Part shown: in pieces, positions 9,862 through 19,956 of the stretch | Layout of the letters: each line of letters begins with the position of its first letter | Position numbering within the stretch: the first letter of the stretch is position 1 | IMG/VR virus record: IMGVR_UViG_3300033997_000077 | Coordinates: 32,001 to 96,000 of that record | Length of the DNA stretch: 64,000 nt | Direction: 5' to 3' (one strand) | Source of the DNA: a virus | Translations under genes and position numbers: made by a program | Notes under the pieces: model-generated | The model's input: the letters and a program-made list of their open reading frames with translations, nothing else | Databases searched by the model: none | What the model was told of the DNA's origin: nothing

Positions 9862-12800
9862 TGGGTGTAAAACTTTATTACGGCGTGGCCCCCGCTCAAC
9901 TGGGGCCGTTCACCGTGCAGCCCCAGAGCGTTTGGTTCGAGGGCAATCTGCGCAACATCAAGGGGCAGCAATTCATCGAGTGCGCGGTCGAAGGCAACAA
10001 CAAGGTCGCTCCCGTTGCGCGGGCCATTGTTGAAGCCATTGCCGAACAGTCGATGAACTTCAGCTTCGGTGTCGATGACATCTGGCCGGACGGCATTGCA
10101 CTGGATCCCGCACTGGAAGCAGAAGTAGCGGCCAGCATTCCGGATCCTGAGCCTGCCAAGCCTGAGCCTGTGCCGGAATCCGCCAAGCCGCAACAGCCTG
10201 TGCCTGCTGACGTGAACAGCGATTCGCTGGGCCTCGCTATCGCGGCAATCTCTACTGACGTGCTGACTTCCCGTGACCGTCGCGGCATGCACCTCGCCGT
10301 CATGATCGATGGTAAAGTGCGTGAGATCATGCACGACTACGGAATGAGTGACGTTGTTCGCCACCCCAACTTCAAAGATCTGGCTACTCTGTTCGATGAA
10401 GCGGTGAACGACGCATTCAACGTTGGCGGTTACGCGTTGGAAGACCTACCGCCCGCCTGCGCGCCCTACATCATGGCGTGGCAAGCCGAAATCTCGGGCC
10501 TTCCCGAAGATTTCTTCTCTCTGCTCTACCAGTTCACCAACGTGATTGAGTTTGCGTTGAACTCCACGGCGCGCATGACGTACCCGAACATCCCACGGTA
10601 CAAGGTAATCCGCGAGTATCTGGTGAACGCCACCCGTAACCAGTACAGCTACTTCGAAAGCCTGATGCCGCGTTACATGGTGGGCAAAGTTCGTCAGGAC
10701 TACAACCGCAACGCCAGCGGCAACATGTTCGATGATATGCGGGTAGCCGAGCGCTGCCTCCGTACACTCAGCGACTACGTTGACCAGATGGAAACCTTCT
10801 ATCGTGACGTGCCGAAGACTCCGACTGGTGCGTACCCCGAGTGGTTCGCCTTGCGTTACATCTGCTCGTTTATCGACGGCGGCTGCGAAGGCGTTGTACC
10901 ATTCTCCAGTATGCGGAACTCTCCGGCCAACACGCAGGAAGAGATGGATCCTATTTGCCGCTGGTTCGTCGACACTCTGATTTCCATCGAGCCCAACAAA
11001 CATGTGACTCACGTAGCGAATGCGTTGTCCGTGATTATGCGCATGGCACCGGAGACCAGAACCGAAGGCTACGATCCTGCTGAAGATCGCCGTTGGCCCG
11101 CCATCGCTTCCCTCTACCGTTTCCTCAAGAACGGCGTGTGGGAGAAGTATGCCACGGCAGGCAACGCGGTAACCGAAACCTGCGAAGCTGAATTGAACCG
11201 GATGATCGAGGCGGCTGCACCTACGCAGAACGTTACGGTGTACGGCTACCAGCCCGCGAACATTCACGCCAGCAAGATTCGTAACTACGCGAACGAGGCA
11301 CTGAAGAAGGGTAACATCTACTCCGCTCCGGTTATCACATTCATCAACGACGGCATGGTCGGCGTCAATCCGCTTAGCTCCATTGCGGTCAACACGTTCG
11401 ATGAATTGTGGGAGCATGTTGAGTGGATGCTGAAAGAGTTCGCTGCCCAGCGTCTTGTTCAGTACCGCGAATCCTCAGTCGGGAAAGTCGAGAATGCTCC
11501 GCGCGACCTCACTATCAGCGACGTGCTGGATCAGATTGGTGCTGCCCGCGACCTGACTGCTCAATGGCGTCCGTTCGGTATGCGCCCCACTCAGTTCGAG
11601 ACCCAAGCGCGGGGTCTGGGACTTCGTGCAGTGCTCGCCAGCAAGTTCTCCAACTGGTACAACGAAGTTGATCTGAAGGTCATTGCCGAAACCATCGTGC
11701 GTGAAGCCTCCGAGAAGTTGGACAAGATCAAGTCTGCCCCGACTCCCGAGGAACAGTGGAACGACATCGTGGCCGAAACACGCGGCATGTTCATCGTGCA
11801 GCGTCCGGCGAACCTTGAGCAGCTGACCCTCACCAACATTGACGAGTGGGAACGCGCTACTACGCATCTGCGCAAGATGGGCGACTTGCTTTATGAAGCT
11901 CTCGGTGACGAGCTGGATGTGAGTATCACGCGTCAGGCGTTCGTTGACCTCGGCCTGCTTGCTCCGAACCTTTCGTTCGAGCAGTACATGGACGCCGCCG
12001 TCTGTATCGCGCGCCTTTACAACAAGCGTGCAAACTCTCCGCTGTCTCCGCGTGAAAGCGCGTTGAAGGGTTTGACCGCTGTTTACGACATGCTGTCAGA
12101 CCTGCGTCCGATTGGGAAGACGGCGCGCGAAGGTCGCTCGACTGCACCGCAGCGCTACCGCGATGTCTTCAGCCGTGTGCGTAACCTGAACATTGACGAT
12201 AAGGCGCTCGCCGATTTCATCAAGCAGTGCTTCCCAGTAGAGGATGACTTCGGCGACTTCACGTTCAAGTTCATCAACGCAATGTCCCTCACTGGGATGC
12301 GCCCTATGGCAAAGATTGCCCCATCGCTGACTGACATGCGTGACTACAATCAAGTCCTGCTTGAGTGGCGCGCTAAGTTCCGTGATCGTGCAACCGACAT
12401 CGACCAAGAGCGCTATGGCAAGTGGTGGGATGACTACATGAGCGGCGGCAGCGAGGCTTACCTGCCTATCAACATGCGTATGGGGTGGGACGAAGTAGCG
12501 GCTCTGATTCAGAGCTGCGCTGCACGTTCTTCACTGCGCAGTGAACCAGAGTTGCGTGGCTTCATCGAGAACCTGTGCTCTGAGCTGATGGAAATGGCGA
12601 ACTACATGCGCCCGCTGTTTATGACTCCGATCCGCTGGGGTGAAGTTGCGCCGAAGCCGTTCTACTACGCAATCGAATCGCTGACCGACATTGTGGACGG
12701 TACGGCCTACGGTACAGTGAACGTGAACAACCTGCTGAAAGCCGCGCTGCCCAAAACCGGAACCGGAACAGACATCGAAATTGAGATTGCTGGGATGGTT

Positions 12801-14000
12801 GCACAGTTGAACGGCATTGCCAATCAGCGTGTTCGTATGCGCCGTGGTGCGTCCATGCTTCACGACTTGCGGATGCGTGCTGCCCAAGACCCGCTGGTTT
12901 ATTCCAAGTGGGAAGGCGCGTTCAGCGAGTTCAAGCACGCTCCGGTCACAGGCTTAACCACCACAATGATGTTCGATAGCTTGCTGGCGAAAGCCAACTC
13001 GTTTGTTGACGAACTCATTGGGGATCAGAAGGGCACCACTGAGCAGATTGCTGGTCACATGGTCGACGCCATCCAAGCTGTATTGGAAGCCGCCATTGAA
13101 ATGCGTCCGCTCGATATGTCGGCCACCGCGTGGAACGATCTGAAGATGCGTGCGCAGGTAGCACCTGCAATCCGTGGGGCAACCACTCAGCTGCGTGCGT
13201 TCCTCAGTGTGCCAGAGAACGTAATCAACCACGTGCTCAAACGTTGGGTCAGCAGTATCAGCGACCGCGACCGCTACGGCAAAGACGGTCAGCCGCAGTC
13301 AGTGCCACGTGCGAAAGAAGGCAAAATCTCCTACACATCGTTCGACGAAGGTAGCGGAGATGCCGAGTATCGCATGGTTGTTCCCAGCACGCCGCCAACT
13401 GGTGTCGACAACGCTGAAGTGTTCACTGGCAGCGTAAGCTATCAGGCGAACAAAATCTTCGAAGCTGCATTGCGTCAAGGCTTTAACGGCGGTCGCACCT
13501 ATCGCCTGCCTGACGAAATTCTGGAAGACCTTGCGAAGCACAGCAAATGCTTGGGCATTACCCGCAAACTTCCGGCAGGCAACTTTGTCGTGGTAGGCAC
13601 TGAAGGTTCGGGCGCAACGTGTATTGCAACGTTCAACAGTGGTGGTCGCATGGTTTCCGTTATCTACGTCAACATGGCGGAAATCGCGCAGCATCTCGGT
13701 GGAGCAAACACGCAGTCTGTGCTGCATGCTTTGACTCACGAATTCGCGCACTACTTCCACAAGGGCCTGAAGGGTACAGCGCTGTTGGATTGGAAGAAAG
13801 CTACCAGCGGGCGCAAACTTCACCCTGCGCAAGGACGTGACGCCTACGCGTTCGATACCGAGCAGTTTGCGATTCTGGCGGAAACAATGGTGTGCGGCAA
13901 CAGCGTTCGCGGCCTATACAACTGCAACGGCATCAACGTTGTAGAACGTTTCTTTGTGAACAATTTCATTACTCCGGAGGATAGGCAGAAACTTGCATGA
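9861..14000 (+). CDS. 1379-aa helical repeat protein with C-terminal zincin (HEFAH) domain
   Basis: ATG overlaps the upstream TAA. LTHEFAHYFH motif with downstream EQFA third-ligand-like motif. Confidence 0.65.
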   Translation: MGVKLYYGVAPAQLGPFTVQPQSVWFEGNLRNIKGQQFIECAVEGNNKVAPVARAIVEAIAEQSMNFSFGVDDIWPDGIALDPALEAEVAASIPDPEPAKPEPVPESAKPQQPVPADVNSDSLGLAIAAISTDVLTSRDRRGMHLAVMIDGKVREIMHDYGMSDVVRHPNFKDLATLFDEAVNDAFNVGGYALEDLPPACAPYIMAWQAEISGLPEDFFSLLYQFTNVIEFALNSTARMTYPNIPRYKVIREYLVNATRNQYSYFESLMPRYMVGKVRQDYNRNASGNMFDDMRVAERCLRTLSDYVDQMETFYRDVPKTPTGAYPEWFALRYICSFIDGGCEGVVPFSSMRNSPANTQEEMDPICRWFVDTLISIEPNKHVTHVANALSVIMRMAPETRTEGYDPAEDRRWPAIASLYRFLKNGVWEKYATAGNAVTETCEAELNRMIEAAAPTQNVTVYGYQPANIHASKIRNYANEALKKGNIYSAPVITFINDGMVGVNPLSSIAVNTFDELWEHVEWMLKEFAAQRLVQYRESSVGKVENAPRDLTISDVLDQIGAARDLTAQWRPFGMRPTQFETQARGLGLRAVLASKFSNWYNEVDLKVIAETIVREASEKLDKIKSAPTPEEQWNDIVAETRGMFIVQRPANLEQLTLTNIDEWERATTHLRKMGDLLYEALGDELDVSITRQAFVDLGLLAPNLSFEQYMDAAVCIARLYNKRANSPLSPRESALKGLTAVYDMLSDLRPIGKTAREGRSTAPQRYRDVFSRVRNLNIDDKALADFIKQCFPVEDDFGDFTFKFINAMSLTGMRPMAKIAPSLTDMRDYNQVLLEWRAKFRDRATDIDQERYGKWWDDYMSGGSEAYLPINMRMGWDEVAALIQSCAARSSLRSEPELRGFIENLCSELMEMANYMRPLFMTPIRWGEVAPKPFYYAIESLTDIVDGTAYGTVNVNNLLKAALPKTGTGTDIEIEIAGMVAQLNGIANQRVRMRRGASMLHDLRMRAAQDPLVYSKWEGAFSEFKHAPVTGLTTTMMFDSLLAKANSFVDELIGDQKGTTEQIAGHMVDAIQAVLEAAIEMRPLDMSATAWNDLKMRAQVAPAIRGATTQLRAFLSVPENVINHVLKRWVSSISDRDRYGKDGQPQSVPRAKEGKISYTSFDEGSGDAEYRMVVPSTPPTGVDNAEVFTGSVSYQANKIFEAALRQGFNGGRTYRLPDEILEDLAKHSKCLGITRKLPAGNFVVVGTEGSGATCIATFNSGGRMVSVIYVNMAEIAQHLGGANTQSVLHALTHEFAHYFHKGLKGTALLDWKKATSGRKLHPAQGRDAYAFDTEQFAILAETMVCGNSVRGLYNCNGINVVERFFVNNFITPEDRQKLA

Positions 14001-14002
14001 TA

Positions 14003-14008
14003 TAATTT
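14003..14008 (+). promoter_or_regulatory. TAATTT candidate late promoter
   Basis: Intergenic, 38 nt upstream of the scaffold start; the motif recurs before other structural genes. Confidence 0.5.
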
Positions 14009-14045
14009 AAGCGTGGCCCAAAACAAACCACCATGAGGAAGTCCC

Positions 14046-16340
14046 ATGTCTAAGCTCTACAAAGGCATAGTCGTGGCAGCTAACAGCAAGGCGGGAGTTG
14101 TAGCAGCGTTTTCCGACGTTGCTACTGGGAAGAATGCGCGTTTCATGGCATCGGAATCCGGTGCCGTGTTCGCAACTAACGGCATTGCCTATGACCCGTG
14201 CGGTTACGGTACTGTACGTGATTTTGATGGGGTGGAGGATATGGAATTCGCCTCTGCTAGTGCGGAAGCGGAAGCTAACCTGACTGTGTGTCTGGACGGC
14301 TGCCAAAACTTCATCCTGTCTGAATCACAGTTGCAACGTTGCCCTTCCTGCTCCGCAGCCCTCACCGCAAGCGAGGAAGATATTCACGACCTCGTTTTCG
14401 GCTCTGAGTCTGACGCCCTGCTGCAAGGTAGCGACCCTCTGTTCTGCGGAACTGAAGAGCAAGCCGCTGCTTTTGCCCGTGCACTGCGCACAGGCATCGT
14501 GCCATCGTTGTCGGGGGAACTCGCAACGTTGAACTATGACCCGTACAGCGGTCAAGAGTCGGTACGAAGCTGCTCCAACGTTGCTGAATTCAGCGGCGTG
14601 TTTCACAAATTCAAGTGCGCTGCTGGTTGCAGCCACCCCGTAACGTTGTCCACTTCGGCGGACATTGTTTTCTGCGCTCACTGTAACGCTCCCCTTGAGG
14701 AACCCGAGAACATGATCAAGAAAATTGGAAGAATTGATCAGCGTTTGCACGTCTTCGCTCCGTCAGTGTCCGGTGCCCTTAACGGGCTGCGTGATCTGCT
14801 GATCAACGGCGCGGCTGGCGCAAACCACTTCGATCACAAGAACCCCGACGAGAACTTCATCTCCAACTCCGCCTGTGCGTTCAACCCGTACACTGGTAAC
14901 AACGTTGCCAGCCGCGTAGTTGATTCTCTGTCCGGTACTGGTGCTGAAATCGCGCACGACGCGCTGAACATCCACCTGTTCAAGTGCCACGATGGTTGCG
15001 GTTTCATGGCGTGCAGCTCTGCTGATGCCAACTTCTGCTCCGAGTGTGACGCTCCGCTGGTAGAGCCGAGCGAAGAAGATCTGGCTGACCTGCCTGCTGC
15101 CGACACCGTTGGCGACGACTCTTCCCTCGAAGATCTGGAATCCGATCTGGCCGAGCTGGACGCTGACGAAGAAGACCTGCTGTCTGCTTCCGGCGAGGAA
15201 GAAGAGTTCGAAGACGAGGAAGAAGAAGACCTCGAATTCGACGACGGCGACGAAGGTGACTTCGACGAATCCAGCCTCTCCGGTGACGACTACGACGACG
15301 AAGATGAAGGCGACGATATGCCTGACTTCGACGACGAAGACGACGAAGAGGAGGACGAAGAGGACGAAGAGTCCGACTTCGAAGCCGAAGGCGACTTCTC
15401 TCTGGAATCCACTTCCGGCGACGAAGGTGGCGAAGATGGCGGTGAAGATACCGACACTATGCTGACCGACGACGAGCTGGCCGAGCTGGATTTTGAAGGC
15501 GAAGACGATGACATGGAATCCGAGAGTTCGGTAATTTCTATCAGCGCGGCGGAAGCCTTGGTAGCTGATGCGGAATTCAACCTCGACTCCTTGTCCTGTG
15601 TGTTCGACGGTAAGAGCCGTTACCATGCGATCTACGACAACCTGCCGCTGGGTTCCCTGAACCTGACTGCTCTGTCTGCCGCATTGGGTGACGAAGACAA
15701 GGCCAAAGTTCTGTTCCGCAACGGTACTCTGCCTTCAATCCTCAGCGCCTCCGCACGCGAGAACGGTCTGGAGCAGGCTCTGACCGACTTGGGCTTTACT
15801 CCGGTTGAGTTCAACGTTAGCGTCAGCAACGTTCTGCAACAACGTGCAAGCAAGTCCGCTGACGAGCGTGCCGACCGTCTGCAAAACGAAATCAACACCA
15901 TCGTTGCAGATACCACTGAGCGCTACCAAGCCAGCGTCAGCACCGCGATGATCGGTCTGACTCGCGGCTTCTGGAAGCAGGATGACAACGCTGTTGCCTC
16001 CGCTCTGGTGAACAAGATGGTTGCAAGCGGCATGAGCCTGAGCAGTGCCCGTGAGATGGTAACCTCGGCGTTCGCCGAGCAGGGTGCCGAACTGATGGCA
16101 ACCGTATTCTCCCGCGCGCAGTCTCTGAGTGCGATGTCTGTCGAAGGCTACAACGAAGTAAGCCGTGCCATCGAAGACATCAACGTTGCCTCTGTTTCTT
16201 CCGGTGCTGTAGAAATCGGCAAAGTTGTGCGCAAGCCAGCTGACGCCACCAACACCGAAGTCAAGATTGCCTCCAACTCTTCTGACGCTCTCGCATGGGA
16301 ACAGAAGATGGCGGCCCTCGGTCTGAATAACCGTCGCTGA
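14046..16340 (+). CDS. Prohead scaffold/core protein
   Basis: Sits between the protease and capsid genes. Three Cys-rich repeats, a long acidic tract, a helical C-terminus and about 25 SxS tripeptides. Confidence 0.65.
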   Translation: MSKLYKGIVVAANSKAGVVAAFSDVATGKNARFMASESGAVFATNGIAYDPCGYGTVRDFDGVEDMEFASASAEAEANLTVCLDGCQNFILSESQLQRCPSCSAALTASEEDIHDLVFGSESDALLQGSDPLFCGTEEQAAAFARALRTGIVPSLSGELATLNYDPYSGQESVRSCSNVAEFSGVFHKFKCAAGCSHPVTLSTSADIVFCAHCNAPLEEPENMIKKIGRIDQRLHVFAPSVSGALNGLRDLLINGAAGANHFDHKNPDENFISNSACAFNPYTGNNVASRVVDSLSGTGAEIAHDALNIHLFKCHDGCGFMACSSADANFCSECDAPLVEPSEEDLADLPAADTVGDDSSLEDLESDLAELDADEEDLLSASGEEEEFEDEEEEDLEFDDGDEGDFDESSLSGDDYDDEDEGDDMPDFDDEDDEEEDEEDEESDFEAEGDFSLESTSGDEGGEDGGEDTDTMLTDDELAELDFEGEDDDMESESSVISISAAEALVADAEFNLDSLSCVFDGKSRYHAIYDNLPLGSLNLTALSAALGDEDKAKVLFRNGTLPSILSASARENGLEQALTDLGFTPVEFNVSVSNVLQQRASKSADERADRLQNEINTIVADTTERYQASVSTAMIGLTRGFWKQDDNAVASALVNKMVASGMSLSSAREMVTSAFAEQGAELMATVFSRAQSLSAMSVEGYNEVSRAIEDINVASVSSGAVEIGKVVRKPADATNTEVKIASNSSDALAWEQKMAALGLNNRR

Positions 16341-16346
16341 TAAATG

Positions 16347-16369
16347 TGGGCACTGTTACGCGGTGCCCA
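16347..16369 (+). other. Intergenic stem-loop without U-tract
   Basis: TGGGCACTG-TTACG-CGGTGCCCA. Confidence 0.5.
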
Positions 16370-16401
16370 GTAACCATTAAGTCCTACAAGGAATCTATAG
16401 C

Positions 16402-17115
16402 ATGATTAACCTGCAAGCAACTCGCGTTCTCAAAACCAGCTACGCACCGAAGGCCGCTGGTGTTTTCATCACCGAAGAAGGCCAAGCTCTGGTCAGCGTG
16501 AAAGAAGACGGCATCCGTGTCGTGCGTCCTTCTACTGGTGCTCAAGACGAACAGTTCGCAGGCTTCCGCCTGTCCCGTGCTGTTCCGCCTCAGTACGTGC
16601 CGAAAGTAGAAGAGTTCAAGATCTCCAAGCGTGACGGTGCCGCCGTTGCTACCTTCGAGGCCATCCGTGTTCCGGTTGCTGGTAAGCTGCTGGTTCGTAT
16701 CGGTGATGCCGTAGTTACCGACATCGGTGCAGACGCTGCTGCTCCGGACGCCGCTGGCAAAGTGAACCGTGTCAAAGACACCTTCTACTTCCACGATGCG
16801 GATCTGGGCAAGCCTGCTGAAATCCAGTACCACTACGAGCCGACCGTTACCGAAGCCCAGCAGATCACTGGCGACGCTCCGCACGGCGGCCATCCCGGCA
16901 ACGCTCAAAACCAAGAGTCCTTCTTGGTTGTAGGCGACATCGCTACCAGCCACTTCGATTCCAGCGTTGACTGGACTGGCGTGCTGAACCCGCGTCTGGG
17001 GCCGGATGGTATCCTGACCACTGCTGGTCAAGGTACTCTGCTGAAGAACGTAACCGTTCTGAACAGCCCGTCAGCTGAAGGTGAATTCCTGCTGCTGGAA
17101 GTTCACGCTTACTAA
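16402..17115 (+). CDS. Head decoration/minor capsid protein
   Basis: Directly upstream of the major capsid gene; strongly biased, highly expressed-type codon usage; beta-rich. Confidence 0.55.
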   Translation: MINLQATRVLKTSYAPKAAGVFITEEGQALVSVKEDGIRVVRPSTGAQDEQFAGFRLSRAVPPQYVPKVEEFKISKRDGAAVATFEAIRVPVAGKLLVRIGDAVVTDIGADAAAPDAAGKVNRVKDTFYFHDADLGKPAEIQYHYEPTVTEAQQITGDAPHGGHPGNAQNQESFLVVGDIATSHFDSSVDWTGVLNPRLGPDGILTTAGQGTLLKNVTVLNSPSAEGEFLLLEVHAY

Positions 17116-17134
17116 TCCTAAGCGCTGCGTTTGC

Positions 17135-17164
17135 TAATTTGTGGGGCGCGATGTTCGCCCCCAC
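17135..17164 (+). promoter_or_regulatory. TAATTT motif plus 5' leader hairpin before major capsid gene
   Basis: GCTAATTT is immediately followed by a GTGGGGCG...CGCCCCAC stem. Confidence 0.55.
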
Positions 17165-17197
17165 ATAACCTACAACTTTGAACAGGAATTCCTTCTC

Positions 17198-18301
17198 ATG
17201 ACTCAATATGCAAAAGCCAAGGGCGCTGTTGTTGCCGTTACTCGCGATGGCCGTCCCGTTACCGACCTGCCGATGTTCTCCGCTTCCAGCGGCGAGCTGA
17301 ATGCTTCCAACAAGAAAGACGCTCTGGCTCTGGGCCAGCGTTACATGGACATGATGAAGAACGGCGAAGTCGTTCTGGTTCAAGAAGATCAAGTCGGCTC
17401 CATGCAGGCTTCTATGTCCAGCGCTGACCGCATCCGTCTGGGCAACGAAGTGTTCATGGAAGCTGCCAACGATCCGTCCAAGTGGGCGTCTCTGGGTTCC
17501 AGCATCGTTGCACGCGTTGAAGACCGTGCCGAGCGTTCCGGTCTGATGCGTAACCTGCTGCAAGGTAGCACCTTGCGCCAAGGCGAAATCGCCCGTGTCG
17601 AACTGAAACAGCACGTGTGCCACGCCGTGGTCGCAACTGGCCCGTCCGATCTGGGTTACCAAATCCTGCGCGGTAAAGTCTTCAACCCGCAAGAGTTCGA
17701 AGTCAAATCCGCTGTACGTGTTCCGGTAATCGACATGCACCAGATCGCTGGTGACCTGATGGGCCGTGCCGAGCGTGACGCTCACCAGTCCGTAGTGGTC
17801 AAAGAAGACCGTCTGTTCATGGACGCTGTGTATCAGGCAGTTGGTCGTGGCAACCCGATCACCTACCTGCACGACAAACTCCTGCCGGGTCACTTGGCCG
17901 CCATGCGCGACCAGATTGACAGCTGGAACATTCCGGTCGCGGGCACCGTTCTGTCTTCCGACTTCTGGACTGACATGATCGGCAGCTCCGTGTGGATGGA
18001 AGCTCTGGAACCTGTTACCCGTTACGAACTGCTGAGCACTGGCCGTCTGGCTACTCTGCTGGGTATGGATCTGATCACCGACGGTTTCCGTGATCCGACC
18101 CAACGTGTTCTGGAACGTGGCACCCTGTTTACCTTCGCCACTCCGGAATACCTCGGCGCGTACACCACTCGCGGCGGCGCAACCAGCGAAGCGACCACTG
18201 GTGCCAACGAAGGCAACACCGACAAGGGCTGGCTGATCAGCGAGATCCTGTCTATGGTTGTTGCTAACACCCAAGGTCTGGCTCTGGCTAAACGTCAATG
18301 A
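17198..18301 (+). CDS. Major capsid protein (HK97 fold)
   Basis: 367 aa from ATG 17198 (AGGA RBS), with highly expressed codon bias. Contains R.G.MR.LL, VKEDR.F, G.L..LLG..LITD and GWLISE; position in the head module fits. Confidence 0.8.
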   Translation: MTQYAKAKGAVVAVTRDGRPVTDLPMFSASSGELNASNKKDALALGQRYMDMMKNGEVVLVQEDQVGSMQASMSSADRIRLGNEVFMEAANDPSKWASLGSSIVARVEDRAERSGLMRNLLQGSTLRQGEIARVELKQHVCHAVVATGPSDLGYQILRGKVFNPQEFEVKSAVRVPVIDMHQIAGDLMGRAERDAHQSVVVKEDRLFMDAVYQAVGRGNPITYLHDKLLPGHLAAMRDQIDSWNIPVAGTVLSSDFWTDMIGSSVWMEALEPVTRYELLSTGRLATLLGMDLITDGFRDPTQRVLERGTLFTFATPEYLGAYTTRGGATSEATTGANEGNTDKGWLISEILSMVVANTQGLALAKRQ

Positions 18302-18729
18302 AGCTGAGCGCCAGTTTGACAGCAATGTCACTCTCGGCGCTTCGTAGCGGTCGCGTACAGGACGCTGCGGAACTCCTAAGTCAGGCGGCATTCGCCGATG
18401 ACGCGCAAGCACTCATTGCATCTCTCGTAGATGACAACGAAGTTGCGTGCAGTTTGAGTTCCGCAATCCTTGCGCCGGAATCGGAACTGGGGGCAGTCAT
18501 TGACTCTCTCAGTTCCGAACTGTCGCGTATCGACCGACTCAGCAAGATGTCCGATCCTCTGGAAGACATCTTGAGCGTCGCGGATGACGACTCGGATGAC
18601 GATGACCAAATTGACCTCGGCGTACTCGACTTCGAAGACGAAGAAGAGGAAGACGATGACTCTTTCGAATCAGAAAGTTCCGACGTTCAACCTTCCCTGA
18701 TCAAGCTGACATTCAGCGAAGTGGACTAG
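18298..18729 (+). CDS. Small acidic head protein with multiple SxS sites
   Basis: ATGA overlap with the capsid stop; SASL, SLSA, SLSS, SESS. Confidence 0.6.
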   Translation: MKLSASLTAMSLSALRSGRVQDAAELLSQAAFADDAQALIASLVDDNEVACSLSSAILAPESELGAVIDSLSSELSRIDRLSKMSDPLEDILSVADDDSDDDDQIDLGVLDFEDEEEEDDDSFESESSDVQPSLIKLTFSEVD

Positions 18730-18738
18730 GGGAACCCC

Positions 18739-18769
18739 GAGCCAGCCTAGTGCTGGCTCTTCTTGTTTC
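18739..18769 (+). terminator. Intrinsic terminator ending head operon
   Basis: GAGCCAGC-CTAGT-GCTGGCTC then TTCTTGTTTC. Confidence 0.8.
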
Positions 18770-18780
18770 TGGGGCAAAAT

Positions 18781-19554
18781 ATGGCAATGAGCGATTCATT
18801 GGCGCGCATGATTGACCCCGCGCCTTTGCTGCTGACAGTTCGCGGGATCAAAGAACGCTTCCGCGATGTGCTCGGCGTCACCAACTTTAGCGTCCAGTTC
18901 CATAACAACTGGAAGCAGGGATTGCGAGCCAGTAAGCCTACGGGCACCTCGTATCCGCACGGCGGGTTCAAGATGACGGCGATTAACGTCACCGAGAACA
19001 ACATCAAGAACATGCTGCGTGTTGGTACAGGCGACGGCATCGTCAGTGGCGGTAACAACAACGCGATACTGCAACGCTCCTTTCTCATTCCGGTATTGAT
19101 TAACTGCGAGTGCGAGATCAAGTTTCAGGACATGCAAGAGGCGTTGGCCTTTTGTACGGCGGCGTCAATCTTCTTGCCTGTCGGTATGTTGAGCTTCGAG
19201 ATCGCCTACGCGCGGAACAAGTGGCACAGCAACGTAACGTTGAGCGGCGGTGGCAAGTCCATGCCGCTACCGATGATTGACGACCTCAACGAGGGAAGCA
19301 CGCCGGGCACGGCTGCCGTTACTTTCTCGCTGGACGTCACGTCGAAGATCGGCTTTATCCGCGACATCACCAAGATTAACAACTATGGTGCTGTGCAGTT
19401 CAACGTTGAAGCTAACCCGACGCCGCCGGACGCAGACATCAACGAGCTGAATAGTGTGCTGGACGATCCGCAGTACGCGCTCTCCAAAGAGGAAGCCGAC
19501 GAGCTGCGCCGCACACAATCAACGATTGATATGCTGATGCGAGGAATACGATGA
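18781..19554 (+). CDS. Putative neck/tail-completion protein
   Basis: Lies between head and sheath genes; mixed beta fold with YPHG; start moved to ATG 18781. Confidence 0.45.
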   Translation: MAMSDSLARMIDPAPLLLTVRGIKERFRDVLGVTNFSVQFHNNWKQGLRASKPTGTSYPHGGFKMTAINVTENNIKNMLRVGTGDGIVSGGNNNAILQRSFLIPVLINCECEIKFQDMQEALAFCTAASIFLPVGMLSFEIAYARNKWHSNVTLSGGGKSMPLPMIDDLNEGSTPGTAAVTFSLDVTSKIGFIRDITKINNYGAVQFNVEANPTPPDADINELNSVLDDPQYALSKEEADELRRTQSTIDMLMRGIR

Positions 19555-19931
19555 CAGTTATCTCTCACCAAAATGCGCGCACCCGATTCCGCCCGACCGA
19601 TGCTACCTTGATTCTGGACGTCAGTGTTCAGCAGGTTCAAGGCCGTGGCCGATCTCGGATTATGCGGCAGACCAAGCAAGCGCCCGTGAAAGAGGGCGAC
19701 CGCCAGTCGGTATCGCAGTACCGAACTTCCGTCGATTCGCGAGGCTTAGAGCTGAAGGACATTGACGGTATGATCACTATCGAGACGAGCTTCCCGATCA
19801 CCATTATGATCGGCGGTGCCGCGTTGCCCTGCACTGGGATCTTCGCGATGACAGGCTCGATAGATTCGCTGATAATTGTGGCCGCGCAGCCGACTGTGGT
19901 GTCCATTACAGCGGTAGTCCGTAATTTATAG
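19551..19931 (+). CDS. Hypothetical structural protein
   Basis: ATGA overlap, GAGG RBS, 126 aa beta-rich. Confidence 0.55.
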   Translation: MTVISHQNARTRFRPTDATLILDVSVQQVQGRGRSRIMRQTKQAPVKEGDRQSVSQYRTSVDSRGLELKDIDGMITIETSFPITIMIGGAALPCTGIFAMTGSIDSLIIVAAQPTVVSITAVVRNL

Positions 19932-19948
19932 ATGTCCATTCGAATGGA
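19922..19948 (+). promoter_or_regulatory. TAATTT motif and short palindrome upstream of sheath
   Basis: TAATTT at 19922-19927; TCCATTCGAATGGA at 19935-19948. Confidence 0.45.
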
Positions 19949-19956
19949 GAATCCCA

